Below are positions 29,359-39,940 of a stretch of DNA of 64,000 nt, piece by piece; within the stretch, counting starts at the first letter, position 1, and every line of letters starts with the position of its first letter. Made by a program: the position numbers and the translations under genes. The notes beneath the pieces are model-generated. The model was given only the letters and a program-made list of their open reading frames with translations, made no database searches and was not told the DNA's origin. Source of the stretch: an uncultured Actinomycetota bacterium (GTDB lineage Bacteria > Actinomycetota > Actinomycetes > S36-B12 > UBA10799); contig CAVTCZ010000017.1 of the NCBI GenBank assembly GCA_963733395.1, forward strand, positions 3,368 to 67,367. The letters run 5' to 3'.

Positions 29359-30314
29359 GGTTGCTGGCCGCCCGCGCCCGGCGGGAAGGGCCGAACAACG
29401 ACCGGGACCCGGACGCCCGCGCGGTCGAAGGACTCCTTCACCCGGGCCCGGATCGCGCGGGTCAGGGGGATCTGCTTCTCGGGCGCGGCCTTCGCGATGA
29501 CCTTGATGAAGACCGCCTCCCCGCTGACCGACTCGACTCCGGCGTAGGTCGGTTTGCCGAGCAGCATGTCGTCGTACTGCGGATCGGCGTACATATCCTC
29601 GGCCACGGACTCGACGCACTGGCGGACCTTGTCGAGGTTCTCGTCGTAGGCGACGGGGATGTCTACGGCAGCCAGGACCCAGCCCTGGGACTGGTTGGCG
29701 ACCCGCAGGATCTCCCCGTTGCGCACGTACCAGACGACCCCCGAAAGATCCCGCAACCTGGTGATCCGCAGCGTGACGTCCTCGACCACGCCCACGGCAT
29801 CGCCGAGGTCCACCATGTCGCCGACGCCGTACTGGTCCTCGAAAACCAAGAAGATGCCCGACAGGTAGTCCTTGACCAGGCTCTGCGCCCCGAAGCCGAG
29901 GGCCACACCCAGTACGCCGGCGCTGGCCAGCAGGGGCGCGACGTCGATGCCCAGGATCGGCAGGATCAGCAGTAGGGCGATGATCAGCACGCCTGCCGTG
30001 ATCACCGAGCGCAGCAAGGTGCCGATCGCCTCCGCCCGTTGCTGGCGGCGCTGACTCATCAGCACTTCGCTGAGTTCCTGTGTCCGCTCCGCCCGACGGG
30101 TCTCGCCGAGTCGTTCCCGGCGGCCCTGGGCGGCCATGCGTTTGATGATCCGGTTGAGGACCGCCACCGAGATCCATCGGATCGCGACCGCGAGCACGAC
30201 GATGATCAGGATCTGCAAGGGCGGTCCTTGCAGGTACTCCCAGAACGTCTTCGACTCGTCCACGCCCCCCATTCTGCTAGCGGACTCGCGTCGGTTGTCC
30301 ACTCTCGCCCACAA
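29349..30314 (-). CDS. MscS-family mechanosensitive channel
   Basis: 321-aa ORF with ...GDMVDLGDAVGVVEDVTLRITRLRDLSGVVWYVRNGEI.... An alternative start is at 30272. Confidence 0.8.
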   Translation of the reverse strand: MWARVDNRRESASRMGGVDESKTFWEYLQGPPLQILIIVVLAVAIRWISVAVLNRIIKRMAAQGRRERLGETRRAERTQELSEVLMSQRRQQRAEAIGTLLRSVITAGVLIIALLLILPILGIDVAPLLASAGVLGVALGFGAQSLVKDYLSGIFLVFEDQYGVGDMVDLGDAVGVVEDVTLRITRLRDLSGVVWYVRNGEILRVANQSQGWVLAAVDIPVAYDENLDKVRQCVESVAEDMYADPQYDDMLLGKPTYAGVESVSGEAVFIKVIAKAAPEKQIPLTRAIRARVKESFDRAGVRVPVVVRPFPPGAGGQQPPK

Positions 30315-30321
30315 TCAAGGC

Positions 30322-30633
30322 ATGGCCTCCCAGGACAAGGATCCTCAGAACAAGCCCACGCAGTCCGAGCGGCAGGACTACGTCTACGGCGCGCCGCCGG
30401 GCGCCCGGGATTTCCGGCGGATCGCCCGGATCGTGGCGCTGGTGGTGCTGGTTGTGTTCGCCGTGCTGTTCTTCTTGCTGAACCGCGATAGCGTCGAGGT
30501 GAGCCTGGTCGTCACGACGGTGACGATCCCGCTGGTATGGATCCTTATGGGAACGTTCCTGATGGGGGCGTTGACCATGTATCTGTTCCAGTACCTGCGC
30601 GGACGGGCCGTTCGCAAAGCGAGGAAGACGTGA
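30322..30633 (+). CDS. LapA/DUF1049-like small membrane protein
   Basis: MASQDKDPQNKPT...IARIVALVVLVVFAVLFFLLNRDSVEVSLVVTTVTIPLVWILMGTFLMGAL.... Confidence 0.6.
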   Translation: MASQDKDPQNKPTQSERQDYVYGAPPGARDFRRIARIVALVVLVVFAVLFFLLNRDSVEVSLVVTTVTIPLVWILMGTFLMGALTMYLFQYLRGRAVRKARKT

Positions 30634-32030
30634 CCCTGCACGACCTGACGGCACTCGAGCAGTCCGCGGCGATCCGCAGTGGGGAGATCACATCCGTCGA
30701 GCTCGCGGAGCACTACCTCGCCCGCGCAGACAGCGTCCCGGGGGCCTACGTCGTGACCACCGCGGACCTGGCCATCGAGCAGGCCCGGGAAGCGGACGCG
30801 GCAGTGGCTGCGGGGACCGCCGAAGGCGATCTGTTCGGCGTGGTGTGCCCGGTGAAGGACCTGTTCTTCATGGTCGGCGCCAACGCCCGGATGGGGTCGG
30901 CCGTGTTCGACTTCCCCTCCTACGAGGACGACTACGTCGTCAAAGCGATGCGCGACGGCGGCCTGATCTTCACCGGCAAGACGACGACCCCGGAATTCGG
31001 CCTGCCGTGCTACACCGAGCCCGAACCGGAGGTGAGCGCTCCGGCCCGCTGTGTGTGGGATGCCGACCGTACTGCCGGGGGATCCTCGGGTGGCGCTGCC
31101 GTGGCGGTGGCCTCGGGGCTGGCCCCGATCGCGCATGGCTCCGACGGTGGCGGTTCGATCCGCATCCCCGCCTCGGCCAACGGCCTCGTGGGGATCAAGC
31201 CCAGCCGCGGGCGGGTCAGCAACGGACCCATCCGCGATCCGATCGGGGACCTGGTGACCAGCGGTCCGATTGCGCGGACCGTCGCTGACGCTGCCGCGCT
31301 GCTCGACGTGCAAGCCGTGCAGTTCCCCGGCGACCCGTTCCACGCGCCTGCGTCCGGCGGCTTCCTGAAGGCCGCCCAGTCGCCGGTGCGTCCGCTGCGG
31401 ATCGCCTTCTTCAGCGAGCCGATCATCGCCGACGTCGAGCTCGATCCGCGCAGTCGCGAGGCGGTCGAAACCGCGGCGGGCTGGTTGGCGGACCTCGGTC
31501 ACACGGTCGAGCAGACGCAGCGGCCCTTCGGTCCGGACCTGGTGGCGCAGTTCGAGGCGGTCTGGTACACGCTGGCTCTGCTGACCCCGGTCATGCCGGA
31601 CCTCGAGTCCGGCCTGCAGCCACTGACCCGGTACCTGCGCGACCTCGGGCGGCAGGTGTCCGGCATCCAGCTGGCCACCGCCGTGTCCCTGCTGCGGATC
31701 CAGACGCGCGCGACGCTGAACCATTGGGCGGCCTACGACGTGATCGTGACGCCCACGGTGAACGGCCCGGCGCCGCTGGTGACCGACATCCTCGACCGCG
31801 ACGACCCGGCCCGCGATTTCGAGTTGCAGAAGCGGTGGGCGGCGTACACCGCGGCATTCAACATGACCGGACAACCCGCCATCAGCGTTCCCCTGCACTG
31901 GACGTCGGAGGGGCTTCCCATCGGCGTGCAGTTGGTCGGTCACATGTTCAGCGAGGAGTTGTTGATCGGGCTGGCCGCACAACTCGAGCAGGCTCACCCG
32001 TGGCACAGCCGGAAGCCCGAGGCCTGGTGA
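30630..32030 (+). CDS. Amidase (amidase-signature family)
   Basis: The GTG overlaps the upstream stop. GGSSGGAAVAVASG and GSDGGGSIRIPAS are present. Confidence 0.85.
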   Translation: MTLHDLTALEQSAAIRSGEITSVELAEHYLARADSVPGAYVVTTADLAIEQAREADAAVAAGTAEGDLFGVVCPVKDLFFMVGANARMGSAVFDFPSYEDDYVVKAMRDGGLIFTGKTTTPEFGLPCYTEPEPEVSAPARCVWDADRTAGGSSGGAAVAVASGLAPIAHGSDGGGSIRIPASANGLVGIKPSRGRVSNGPIRDPIGDLVTSGPIARTVADAAALLDVQAVQFPGDPFHAPASGGFLKAAQSPVRPLRIAFFSEPIIADVELDPRSREAVETAAGWLADLGHTVEQTQRPFGPDLVAQFEAVWYTLALLTPVMPDLESGLQPLTRYLRDLGRQVSGIQLATAVSLLRIQTRATLNHWAAYDVIVTPTVNGPAPLVTDILDRDDPARDFELQKRWAAYTAAFNMTGQPAISVPLHWTSEGLPIGVQLVGHMFSEELLIGLAAQLEQAHPWHSRKPEAW

Positions 32031-34090
32031 GCGCACGCGAGCGACTGGCCACCTCGTGCGGGGTGGCGACGGAGTACTGGGATCTGTCCGGCGATCTGCG
32101 GGTCGTGCCGGACAGCACCGTGCAGGCCACTCTCGCCGCGCTGGGGGTGCAGGCGGACTCCGACGACGAGTACGACGCGGCGCTGGCCCAGCGGCGCAAG
32201 GACCACTGGGAGCGGATGCTGCCCCCGCTGTGGGTCGTCCGGGAGCAGGACACCAACGGGCCGTGGGTGCATCACATGGAGGGCAAGCCGCCGCTGATCT
32301 GGGTGGAGCTGGAATCAGGCGGCCGGCGGTACGACCTGCCGTGCGAGCCGGTGGAGACGCTGCGGCTCGGGGAGCGGCGGCTGACGGAATCGCGCATCCT
32401 GCTCCCGCCCGATCTGCCGCTCGGCTGGCATCGGCTGTGGATCCAGCAGGATGAGGGGGACCGGTACGACAACGCCCTGGTGGTTGCGCCCCGCCGACTG
32501 CCGGAGGCACCGCGCGGCTGGGGGCTGGCGATCCAGTTGTACTCGGTCCGGTCCAGGCGCTCCTGGGGGATCGGCGACCTGGAGGACCTGGCCGATCTCG
32601 GGGTCTGGGCAGCCGATGAGTTGGGCGCCGACTTCGTGCTGGTGAACCCGTTGCACGCTGCTGCCCTGGTGACACCCATGGAGAACTCCCCGTACCTGCC
32701 GTCGACGCGCCGCTTCGGCCATCCGATCTACATCCGGCCGGAGAAGGTCGAGGAGCACGCGTACCTCTCGCGCGATGACGGGCAGTTGGTCGCCGACCTG
32801 GCTGCCGACCTGCGACGGCACAACACGACCGCTGAGCTGCTCGACCGCGACGCGGTGTGGGTGGGCAAGCGGCAAGCGCTCGAGAAGATCTTCGAGGTGC
32901 CGCGCTCTCCGGCACGCAAGGTCGCCTTCGCCGCGTTCCTGACCGAGGAGGGTGAGGACCTGCAGGCCTACGCCCGGTGGTGCGCGTTGGCCGAGCGGTT
33001 CGGCCCGCGCTGGGACGAGTGGCCCGAGGAAGCGGCGCTGTTCGAGCCCGAGGCGCACCGCGTCGAGTTCTACGCCTGGCTGCAGTGGATCTTCGACGAG
33101 CAGCTCGACCATGCCCAACGCGAGTTGTTGCGCGCCGGCATGAAGATCGGGGTCATCCAGGACCTGGCGATCGGGGTGCATCCGTTCGGCGCGGACACCT
33201 GGGCGATGGGCGACTTGTTGACCAGCGGTTTCCGGGTGGGTGCCCCGCCCGACATGTTCAGCCCGGCGGGCCAGGACTGGTCGCAGCCGCCCTGGAACCC
33301 GGTCACCCTCGCCGAGGCGGAGTACCTGCCGTTCCGTGACATCCTGCGCTTCGTCATGCGGCATGCCGGTGGTCTGCGCATCGACCACGTGATCGGGATG
33401 TTCCGGCTGTGGTGGATCCCGCCGGGGGCGAAGGCCGTCGACGGCACGTACGTGCGCTACGACCATCAGGCCCTGCTGGACATCCTCTGCTTGGAGGCAG
33501 CCCGCGCCGGGGTCACCCTGATCGGGGAGGACCTCGGCACGGTCGAGCCCTGGGCCCGCGACGTCCTGTCCGACCGCGGCATCCTCGGGACCACGGTCCT
33601 GTTGTTCGAGCGGGAAGGCGATTCCATCCATGACCCCAACGGCTGGCGCACGGAGTGCCTGGCCTCGGTCACGGTCCATGACCTGCCGCCGACCGCCCAG
33701 TACCTGGCCAGCTCCCACATCCGGTTGTGGGAGCGACTAGGTCTGCTCGACCGGCCGCTCGACGAGGCGCTTGCGGCTCAGCAGCGCGAGGTGCAGACCT
33801 GGATCGAGGTGCTGCGCGCCGAGGGCCTGTTGTCCCCGGCGGAGACGCCGAGCGAGACGCAGATCACGGTGGGGATGCACCGGCTGATGTCGCGGGCCCC
33901 CAGTCGCCTGTTGTGCCTGTCGCTGGTCGACGGGGTGGGGGAGTTGCGCACCCAGAACCAGCCGGGCACCGACGCCGAGTACCCGAATTGGCGCATCCCG
34001 CTGGCTGATTCCGAGGGCCGGGCGGTGCTCATCGAGGACCTCGCCGAGTCCGAATTGTTGCGGTCATTGGTGCGCTCGCTGAGCCGGTAG
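32027..34090 (+). CDS. malQ: 4-alpha-glucanotransferase (amylomaltase)
   Basis: The GTG overlaps the amidase stop. Protein reads VSARERLATSCGVATEYWD...GWGLAIQLYSVRSRRSWGIGDLEDL...RIDHVIGMFRLWW...IGEDLGTV. Confidence 0.85.
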   Translation: MSARERLATSCGVATEYWDLSGDLRVVPDSTVQATLAALGVQADSDDEYDAALAQRRKDHWERMLPPLWVVREQDTNGPWVHHMEGKPPLIWVELESGGRRYDLPCEPVETLRLGERRLTESRILLPPDLPLGWHRLWIQQDEGDRYDNALVVAPRRLPEAPRGWGLAIQLYSVRSRRSWGIGDLEDLADLGVWAADELGADFVLVNPLHAAALVTPMENSPYLPSTRRFGHPIYIRPEKVEEHAYLSRDDGQLVADLAADLRRHNTTAELLDRDAVWVGKRQALEKIFEVPRSPARKVAFAAFLTEEGEDLQAYARWCALAERFGPRWDEWPEEAALFEPEAHRVEFYAWLQWIFDEQLDHAQRELLRAGMKIGVIQDLAIGVHPFGADTWAMGDLLTSGFRVGAPPDMFSPAGQDWSQPPWNPVTLAEAEYLPFRDILRFVMRHAGGLRIDHVIGMFRLWWIPPGAKAVDGTYVRYDHQALLDILCLEAARAGVTLIGEDLGTVEPWARDVLSDRGILGTTVLLFEREGDSIHDPNGWRTECLASVTVHDLPPTAQYLASSHIRLWERLGLLDRPLDEALAAQQREVQTWIEVLRAEGLLSPAETPSETQITVGMHRLMSRAPSRLLCLSLVDGVGELRTQNQPGTDAEYPNWRIPLADSEGRAVLIEDLAESELLRSLVRSLSR

Positions 34091-34361
34091 GGGCGCGCCG
34101 GGGTTGCGGGATCCCGGCAGGCAGGAGGTCCGCGTCCATGCCCCGTTGCCGCTGGTCGAGCCGGTCCGCGGCGGAACAGCGCCAGCGTTGACCGCGCCCG
34201 TGGGCTCGATGTGGCGCTGGTGTGTGCTCTTCGCCAACGCCACAACCACTCGCCAAATGCCCCCGAAGGCCCGCGCGGGTGGATCCGAGCCAGCCGAACC
34301 GGCCCTGGTCGGCCCGACTCCAGCTCACATCCGGTGCACAACCGCGCACCCCCGATTGCGC

Positions 34362-36929
34362 CTACGACGCGTCGCACTCCTGACAGCGCAGCGCCCGCAG
34401 CACCCCGTCCCGGCCCTCGGCGAGCAGTCGCCGGGCGCCGTGCGGGATGTCCACGTCCCCGCTGAGCACGGAATCGGTGCGCTCCACCGTGCCCGCCTCG
34501 ACCAACGAGTGCGGGTACAAGCCGAGCGTGATCTCCTGCGCGATCTCGTTCGTGCGCGTGCGCCACACCTCGGGAAGCGCTTCGAAGTACTGGTCCAGGT
34601 GGGGCCGCAGTAGTTCCCGGTGATCCGGAATCGCGATGCCCCCGATGGTCGCGGCCAGCATGTGATTCGGCAGTGAGGTGTCGTGCAGGCAGGCATCCCA
34701 CGCCGCCGCTTTGGCCTCTGCCGTCGGGATCGCAGCCCTGCAGGTGGCTGCGTTGAGCCGGCCGGCGGCGGTGTCGTCACGGGTCAGTTCGGCGGCGATC
34801 TGGTCGCTACCCGCCTCACCCAGCACCACGAGCCGGCGCAACAGCGACCACCGCAGATCGGTGTCGATCCGCAGGCCGTCGATCTCCTGGGTGCCGTCGA
34901 GCAGCCCCTTCATCAGTGCGACGTGCTCGGGGTCGTGGGCGAATGCCACCAGACCGCGGGCATACGCGAGCTGGTGGTCGCTGCCGGGCGCCGCTTCGTG
35001 GGTCAGACCGTCGAGCAGGCCGGCCATCCGCGCAGCGTAGGGCGCCCGCTTCTCCGGAGCCGCGTAGATTGCCACCGCGCTCTCCGCCTGCCGGAGCACC
35101 TGCTGGACCATGCCGACCTCGGTTTCGTCGGCGATGCCACTGGCCAGGGAGTCCAGGAACGCGCCCGTGCTCATCTCGCCGTCACGGGTCATGTCCCAGA
35201 TGGCGCCCCACAGCAGCGCCCGTGCCAGCGGATCGGCCACCAGCCCGAAATGCTCGGTGACGGCCTGCAAGCTGCGGTCGTCCAGGCGGATCTTGGCGAA
35301 GGTGAGGTCCTCGTCATTGAGCAGCAGCAGGTCCGGGCGCCGGTGTCCCGACAGTGCCGGCACCTCGGTCACGGGTCCGCTCACGTCCACCTCCACCTGA
35401 CCGGACCGGCGAAGTCCGCCGTCGGCGAGTTCGTAGAGGCCGATCGCGATGCGGTGGTCCCGCAGGGTCGGCGGGACGCCCTCCGGCAGGGCCGGCGGGC
35501 TCTGCCGGACAGCGACCTGGTCAAAGGACCCGTCAGGGGCCAGGTGCAGGTCCGCCCGCAGCATGTTGACACCGGAGGTCATCAGCCACTGCTGGGTCCA
35601 TTGGCCCAGGTCGCGCCCGCTCGCGTCGGCCAGAGCCGTGAGCAGGTCGTCGAGGGAGGTGTTGGACCAGGCGTACTGGGCGAAGTAGGCGCGCAAGCCC
35701 TTCAGGAAGTCCTGCTCGCCGACGAACGCCACGAGTTGCCGCAGGGCCGATGCGCCCTTCGCGTAGGTGATCCCGTCGAAGTTGGTGTAGACCGCCTCCA
35801 GATCGACCATGTCCGCAGCGATCGGGTGTGTGGTCGGCAGCTGGTCCTGGCGGTACGCCCACGCCTTGCGCTGGTTGGCGAAGGTCGCCCACGCGTCATG
35901 GAACCGGGTGGCGTTGGTGTTGGCGAAGTGGCTGGCCCACTCCGCGAACGACTCGTTGAGCCACAGGTCGTCCCACCACCGCATCGTCACCAGATCGCCG
36001 AACCACATGTGCGCCATTTCGTGCAGAATCGTGTTGGCGCGGTTCTCGTAGGCGGCGTCGGTGACCCGGGAACGGAAGACGTAGTCCTCCCGGAACGTCA
36101 CGCAGCCGGCGTTCTCCATCGCCCCGGCATTGAACTCCGGCACGAACAACTGGTCGTACTTCCCGAACGGGTACGGCATCTCGAATACCCGCTCGAAGAA
36201 CTCGAATCCCTGCCGCGTGATCAGCAGGATGTCGTCGACATCGAGGTACTCGGCCAATGACTTGCGGCAGAAGACCCCGAGCGGGTACTCGCCGTGCGGA
36301 CCCGAGTACACGTCGCGTACCACGTGGTACGGCCCGGCCACCAGCGCCGTGATGTAGGTGGAGATCGGCTTCGTCGGGGGGAACTCCCAACGGCTCACGC
36401 CATCGCGCACAGGCGTCGGCTCCGGGGTCGGTGCGTTCGAGGTGACGACCCAGTGGCTGGGTCCTTCGACGCTCAACTGCCACGTCGCCTTCAGGTCGGG
36501 TTGTTCGAAGCAGGCATACATGCGGCGGGAGTCGGCGACTTCGAACTGCGTGTACAGGTACTGCTCGTCGTCGACCGGGTCGATGAACCGGTGCAAGCCC
36601 TCGCCGGAGGTCATGTACGCACAGTCGGCGACGACCTCGACGGTGTTGCTGGAATCCAGATCGGGAAGCGAGATCCGGGAGTCGACGAAGTGCGTGGCGG
36701 GGTCCAGTTCGCGGCCGTTGAGCCGGATGCTGCGCACGTTCGGCGCGATGAGGTCCAGCCAGCTCGAAGAGCCTGCCACGGTGCAGTGGAACGTCACGGT
36801 CGTGCGCGACAGATAGGTCTCCCCGGTGCCGCTGAGATCGAGGTCCACCGCGTACGTCACGTCCGTGATGACTGCGGCGCGTGCGGCCGCCTCGTCGCGC
36901 GTGAGGTTTTGTCCAGGCATGGCGCCCAT
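34362..36929 (-). CDS. pepN: Aminopeptidase N (M1 family)
   Basis: 855-aa intact ORF with GAMEN and HEMAHMWFGDLVTMRWWDDLWLNESFAEW. Confidence 0.9.
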   Translation of the reverse strand: MGAMPGQNLTRDEAAARAAVITDVTYAVDLDLSGTGETYLSRTTVTFHCTVAGSSSWLDLIAPNVRSIRLNGRELDPATHFVDSRISLPDLDSSNTVEVVADCAYMTSGEGLHRFIDPVDDEQYLYTQFEVADSRRMYACFEQPDLKATWQLSVEGPSHWVVTSNAPTPEPTPVRDGVSRWEFPPTKPISTYITALVAGPYHVVRDVYSGPHGEYPLGVFCRKSLAEYLDVDDILLITRQGFEFFERVFEMPYPFGKYDQLFVPEFNAGAMENAGCVTFREDYVFRSRVTDAAYENRANTILHEMAHMWFGDLVTMRWWDDLWLNESFAEWASHFANTNATRFHDAWATFANQRKAWAYRQDQLPTTHPIAADMVDLEAVYTNFDGITYAKGASALRQLVAFVGEQDFLKGLRAYFAQYAWSNTSLDDLLTALADASGRDLGQWTQQWLMTSGVNMLRADLHLAPDGSFDQVAVRQSPPALPEGVPPTLRDHRIAIGLYELADGGLRRSGQVEVDVSGPVTEVPALSGHRRPDLLLLNDEDLTFAKIRLDDRSLQAVTEHFGLVADPLARALLWGAIWDMTRDGEMSTGAFLDSLASGIADETEVGMVQQVLRQAESAVAIYAAPEKRAPYAARMAGLLDGLTHEAAPGSDHQLAYARGLVAFAHDPEHVALMKGLLDGTQEIDGLRIDTDLRWSLLRRLVVLGEAGSDQIAAELTRDDTAAGRLNAATCRAAIPTAEAKAAAWDACLHDTSLPNHMLAATIGGIAIPDHRELLRPHLDQYFEALPEVWRTRTNEIAQEITLGLYPHSLVEAGTVERTDSVLSGDVDIPHGARRLLAEGRDGVLRALRCQECDAS

Positions 36930-36992
36930 CCTGCCCGATGCCCGTGGTCCGGTACGCCATCGGATGCCCGCCGGTAGCCGCCCGGCATTAGG

Positions 36993-37700
36993 GTGCCAAG
37001 CGTGGACGTGCAGAACCGGATGAAGGAATTGGTGGCCGCAGCGGCGGCGGAGCGGATCGAGTCCGGCATGGTCCTGGGCTTGGGTTCCGGTTCGACCGCG
37101 GCGCTGATGATCGAGCAGTTGGGCAGGCGTTGGCAGGCCGGCGAGATCACCGGAATCACCGGTGTCCCCACTTCGTTCCAGTCATCGCTGTTGGCACAGA
37201 AGTACGGCATCCCACAGATCACGCTCAACGAGATAGACCACATCGACCTGGCCATCGACGGCGCGGACGAAGTGGATCCCGCCAAGAACCTCATCAAGGG
37301 TGGTGGGGCCTGCCACACCCGGGAGAAGCTCGTGGACAGCCGCGCCGATCAGTTCATCGTCGTGGTGGATGCCACCAAACTCAGCGACGTGCTCGGCTCC
37401 ACCTTCGCGCTGCCGGTGGAGGTCGTCCCCGAGGCATACCGCCAGGTGAGCAGCTCGCTTGCCGACCTGGGGTCGGTGCCGGAGTTGCGGATGGCCGTGC
37501 GCAAGGCCGGCCCGGTGGTCACCGATCAGGGCAACTTCGTGATCGACGCGAAGTTCGAGGCCATCGGTGATCCGGCAGCGCTCGAGTCGCAGATCAACAA
37601 CATCCCGGGGGTCCTGGAGAACGGCCTGTTCGTCGGGATGGCCGACGAGGTGCTCGTCGGGGAGATCGACGGGGACCAGGCGACGGTCCGGACTCTGTGA
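36993..37700 (+). CDS. rpiA: Ribose-5-phosphate isomerase A
   Basis: [15 protein letters not shown] and [11 protein letters not shown]. Confidence 0.8.
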   Translation: MPSVDVQNRMKELVAAAAAERIESGMVLGLGSGSTAALMIEQLGRRWQAGEITGITGVPTSFQSSLLAQKYGIPQITLNEIDHIDLAIDGADEVDPAKNLIKGGGACHTREKLVDSRADQFIVVVDATKLSDVLGSTFALPVEVVPEAYRQVSSSLADLGSVPELRMAVRKAGPVVTDQGNFVIDAKFEAIGDPAALESQINNIPGVLENGLFVGMADEVLVGEIDGDQATVRTL

Positions 37701-37807
37701 CCCCGGTGGCGGGGCGCCGGGGGTGGATCCGCGAGGAAGAGGGCGCGGCCAGCCACGCACGCGGCAGTGAGCTGTGCGCGCTGCCGCCTGGGCACCACGA
37801 TCCCGCG

Positions 37808-37857
37808 GAACTTGGCGCCGTTTTCGGCCACGGGTGGCCGGTTTCGGCACCAAGTTC
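37808..37857. repeat. REP-like hairpin, family 1 (imperfect copy)
   Basis: GAACTTGGCGCCGTTTTCGGCC ACGGGT GGCCGGTTTCGGCACCAAGTTC has the same architecture and loop as 52577-52628. Confidence 0.6.
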
Positions 37858-38016
37858 GGCGATGCGGCTGGATCAGGCACGGCGGGCGTGGCGGAGTGTC
37901 GGCGTCGCGGGACGGTCTTCGGAGGGGAGGGCCTCAGGCGCTGGTGACCGGCGGCGAAGCGGCTGCGGTTCACCGCTTCCGGACCTCTCCGAAGCCTCAT
38001 CGGTAGGCTGGCCGGC

Positions 38017-38421
38017 ATGTCATGGGTGTGGGTCGTCCTGGGTGCGGTGCTGATCGCGCTGGTGGGGTCGGTGCTGTTCGGCTTCTTCTACTGGCGGCCG
38101 CGGGCGCAGAAGCGGGTGACCGGCGCGACGCAGGCGATCGCCCAGGAGTTGCATGGTCGGCCGCCGCTGCTGATCGCACCGGCGCAATGTCGCAAGGCCG
38201 AGGTCCGTGAGGGGGAGTCCCTGCCCGGGCTCGGGGTTCTGGCACTCACCGAGCAGGCTGTTCTCTACTCCAGCGGCGAGCGGGTGTTGGTCTTGTCCCG
38301 TGACGGCCTGCGGTGCGAGGTGGACGGGACCAATCTCCAGTTCTTCTCGGAGATCCCACCGGGCCGGTTGCTGGTCACCCTTCCGGACACGGACCCCTGG
38401 CGCCAACACCTGGCCGTATGA
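38017..38421 (+). CDS. Hypothetical membrane-anchored protein
   Basis: 134-aa ORF with an N-terminal TM helix (MSWVWVVLGAVLIALVGSVLFGFFYW). No family recognised. Confidence 0.5.
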   Translation: MSWVWVVLGAVLIALVGSVLFGFFYWRPRAQKRVTGATQAIAQELHGRPPLLIAPAQCRKAEVREGESLPGLGVLALTEQAVLYSSGERVLVLSRDGLRCEVDGTNLQFFSEIPPGRLLVTLPDTDPWRQHLAV

Positions 38422-38460
38422 CGGTTGCGCCGAGCGGCGCCCTGCGCCTACGGTCGTCGC

Positions 38461-38703
38461 ATGTCTGACGAATTCCAAGCTGCCGTAGACCGTGTCGCCG
38501 AACTCACCGAGGACCCCGGCAACGACGTGAAACTCAAGCTGTACGGCCTGTTCAAGCAGGCCACCCAGGGTGACGTGGACGGCAAGCGCCCGGGCTTCAC
38601 CAATCCCGTCGGCCGGGCCAAGTACGACGCCTGGGCGGGAGTCGCCGGTCTTTCCAGTGACGAGGCCGAGGCCCAGTACATCGGCATCGTCAACTCCTTG
38701 TAG
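38461..38703 (+). CDS. Acyl-CoA-binding protein
   Basis: MSDEFQAAVDRVAELTEDPGNDVKLKLYGLFKQATQGDVDGKRPGFTNPVGRAKYDAWAGVAGLS.... Confidence 0.8.
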   Translation: MSDEFQAAVDRVAELTEDPGNDVKLKLYGLFKQATQGDVDGKRPGFTNPVGRAKYDAWAGVAGLSSDEAEAQYIGIVNSL

Positions 38704-39446
38704 TGCGCTGGGACGCTCGCACCTACGACGCCGATTTCGGATTCGTCACGCGCTACGGGCAGGCGCTGCTGGACCTGTTGGACCTCACCCCGCCGGCCTC
38801 GATCATCGACATCGGCTGCGGGACCGGCGAGCACGCCGCGACGCTGGCCGAGCGCGGGTTTGACGTCGTCGGGGTGGACCTCGACCCCGACATGCTGGCC
38901 CGGGCAGCGCGATTGCATCCCGAGGTGAGCTTCGTTGCCTCCGACGTGCAGACGATGCAGCTCGACCGGCTCTTCGATGCGGCGCTGAGCAACGCCGCCC
39001 TGCACTGGATGCCCGACCAGGCGGCGGCGTTGGCGGCCATCCGGGCGGTGCTGGTGGACGGCGCGCAGTTCGTGGCCGAGATGGGCGGCAAGCACAACGT
39101 GCGGACAGTGGATGACGCACTGGTGACAGCGGTCGCGGAGTATGGCCTGGAGGTGCCCCCGATCCGCAAGTTCTTCCCGAGCGTGGGGGAACAGGCGGCA
39201 CTGCTGGAAGCCAACGGGTTCGACGTCACCCTGATGCAGTGGTTCCCGCGCCCTACCCCGTTGCCGGAGGGTCAGTCCCCGTCGGACTGGTCGAGACTGT
39301 TCCGGGCAGATGTCTGGGAGGCGGTGCCGGCGGACGTGGTGGCGGATCTGGCGGCACGGGTCAACGCCTTGTGCGGCTCGCTGCGCGGTGAGGACGGCTG
39401 GTTCATCGACTACCACCGCCTGCGGTTCGTGGCGCGGGCGGGCTGA
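38703..39446 (+). CDS. Class I SAM-dependent methyltransferase (Tam-like)
   Basis: Contains IIDIGCGTGEH. 247-aa intact ORF. Confidence 0.75.
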   Translation: MRWDARTYDADFGFVTRYGQALLDLLDLTPPASIIDIGCGTGEHAATLAERGFDVVGVDLDPDMLARAARLHPEVSFVASDVQTMQLDRLFDAALSNAALHWMPDQAAALAAIRAVLVDGAQFVAEMGGKHNVRTVDDALVTAVAEYGLEVPPIRKFFPSVGEQAALLEANGFDVTLMQWFPRPTPLPEGQSPSDWSRLFRADVWEAVPADVVADLAARVNALCGSLRGEDGWFIDYHRLRFVARAG

Positions 39447-39493
39447 GGCTGTTCGCGATCAGCACTTGAGGTGCCGGCCTCGCGCCGGCAGGG

Positions 39494-39552
39494 GTTCTGT
39501 GACGTTGTTGCCCTCGGCTCTCGGCGTGTCGGGGAAACAACGTCGCAAAACC
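39494..39552. repeat. Intergenic hairpin repeat, family 2 copy 2
   Basis: GGTTCTGTGACGTTGTTG - CCCTCGGCTCTCGGCGTGTCGGGGA - AACAACGTCGCAAAACC lies downstream of the methyltransferase stop. Confidence 0.65.
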
Positions 39553-39626
39553 GCGCGGGGCGGGTGACCGGGGCCGTCGCCGACCTTCGGCCGGCTCCTC
39601 CCGATCCCGGCGGAACAGACTGCAAT

Positions 39627-39668
39627 CCAATGGCAAAGCCCCCCAAGCGCGCGGGTCTTTGCCATTGG
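39627..39668 (-). terminator. Hairpin at the 3' end of tRNA-Gly
   Basis: A 12-bp stem (CCAATGGCAAAG and CTTTGCCATTGG) with an 18-nt loop. One arm includes the encoded CCA. There is no clear T-tract. Confidence 0.3.
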
Positions 39669-39739
39669 AGCGGGTGACCGGGATCGAACCGGCACCATCA
39701 GCTTGGAAGGCTGAGGCTCTACCATTGAGCTACACCCGC
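39666..39739 (-). tRNA. tRNA-Gly (anticodon TCC), CCA encoded
   Basis: Reverse complement folds as GCGGGTG TA GCTC AATGGTA GAGC C TCAGC CTTCCAA GCTGA TGGT GCCGG TTCGATC CCGGT CACCCGC T CCA. Confidence 0.9.
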
Positions 39740-39767
39740 AGGAATCTCCAGATTACTACGGGTTCGA

Positions 39768-39840
39768 CGGGGCGTAGCGTAGTGGCTAGCGCGCTTGCTT
39801 TGGGAGCAAGAGATCGTGGGTTCGAGTCCCGCCGCCCCGA
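39768..39840 (+). tRNA. tRNA-Pro (anticodon TGG)
   Basis: Folds as CGGGGCG TA GCGT AGTGGCTA GCGC G CTTGC TTTGGGA GCAAG AGATC GTGGG TTCGAGT CCCGC CGCCCCG A. Confidence 0.9.
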
Positions 39841-39940
39841 CGCACGACCACCCGTGGCCGCCGGGCCATGGGCGCGGATCGTACGATGAACACTGTCCTG
39901 GGCCCATCGGCCCAACCCGCACGAGGAGTCCGAGTCACAC

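Noticed and set aside
30384-32915. 843-aa minus-strand ORF
   Set aside because: It is antisense to the well-supported amidase and malQ genes. Its Pro/Arg/Ala-rich composition is typical of spurious open frames in high-GC DNA.
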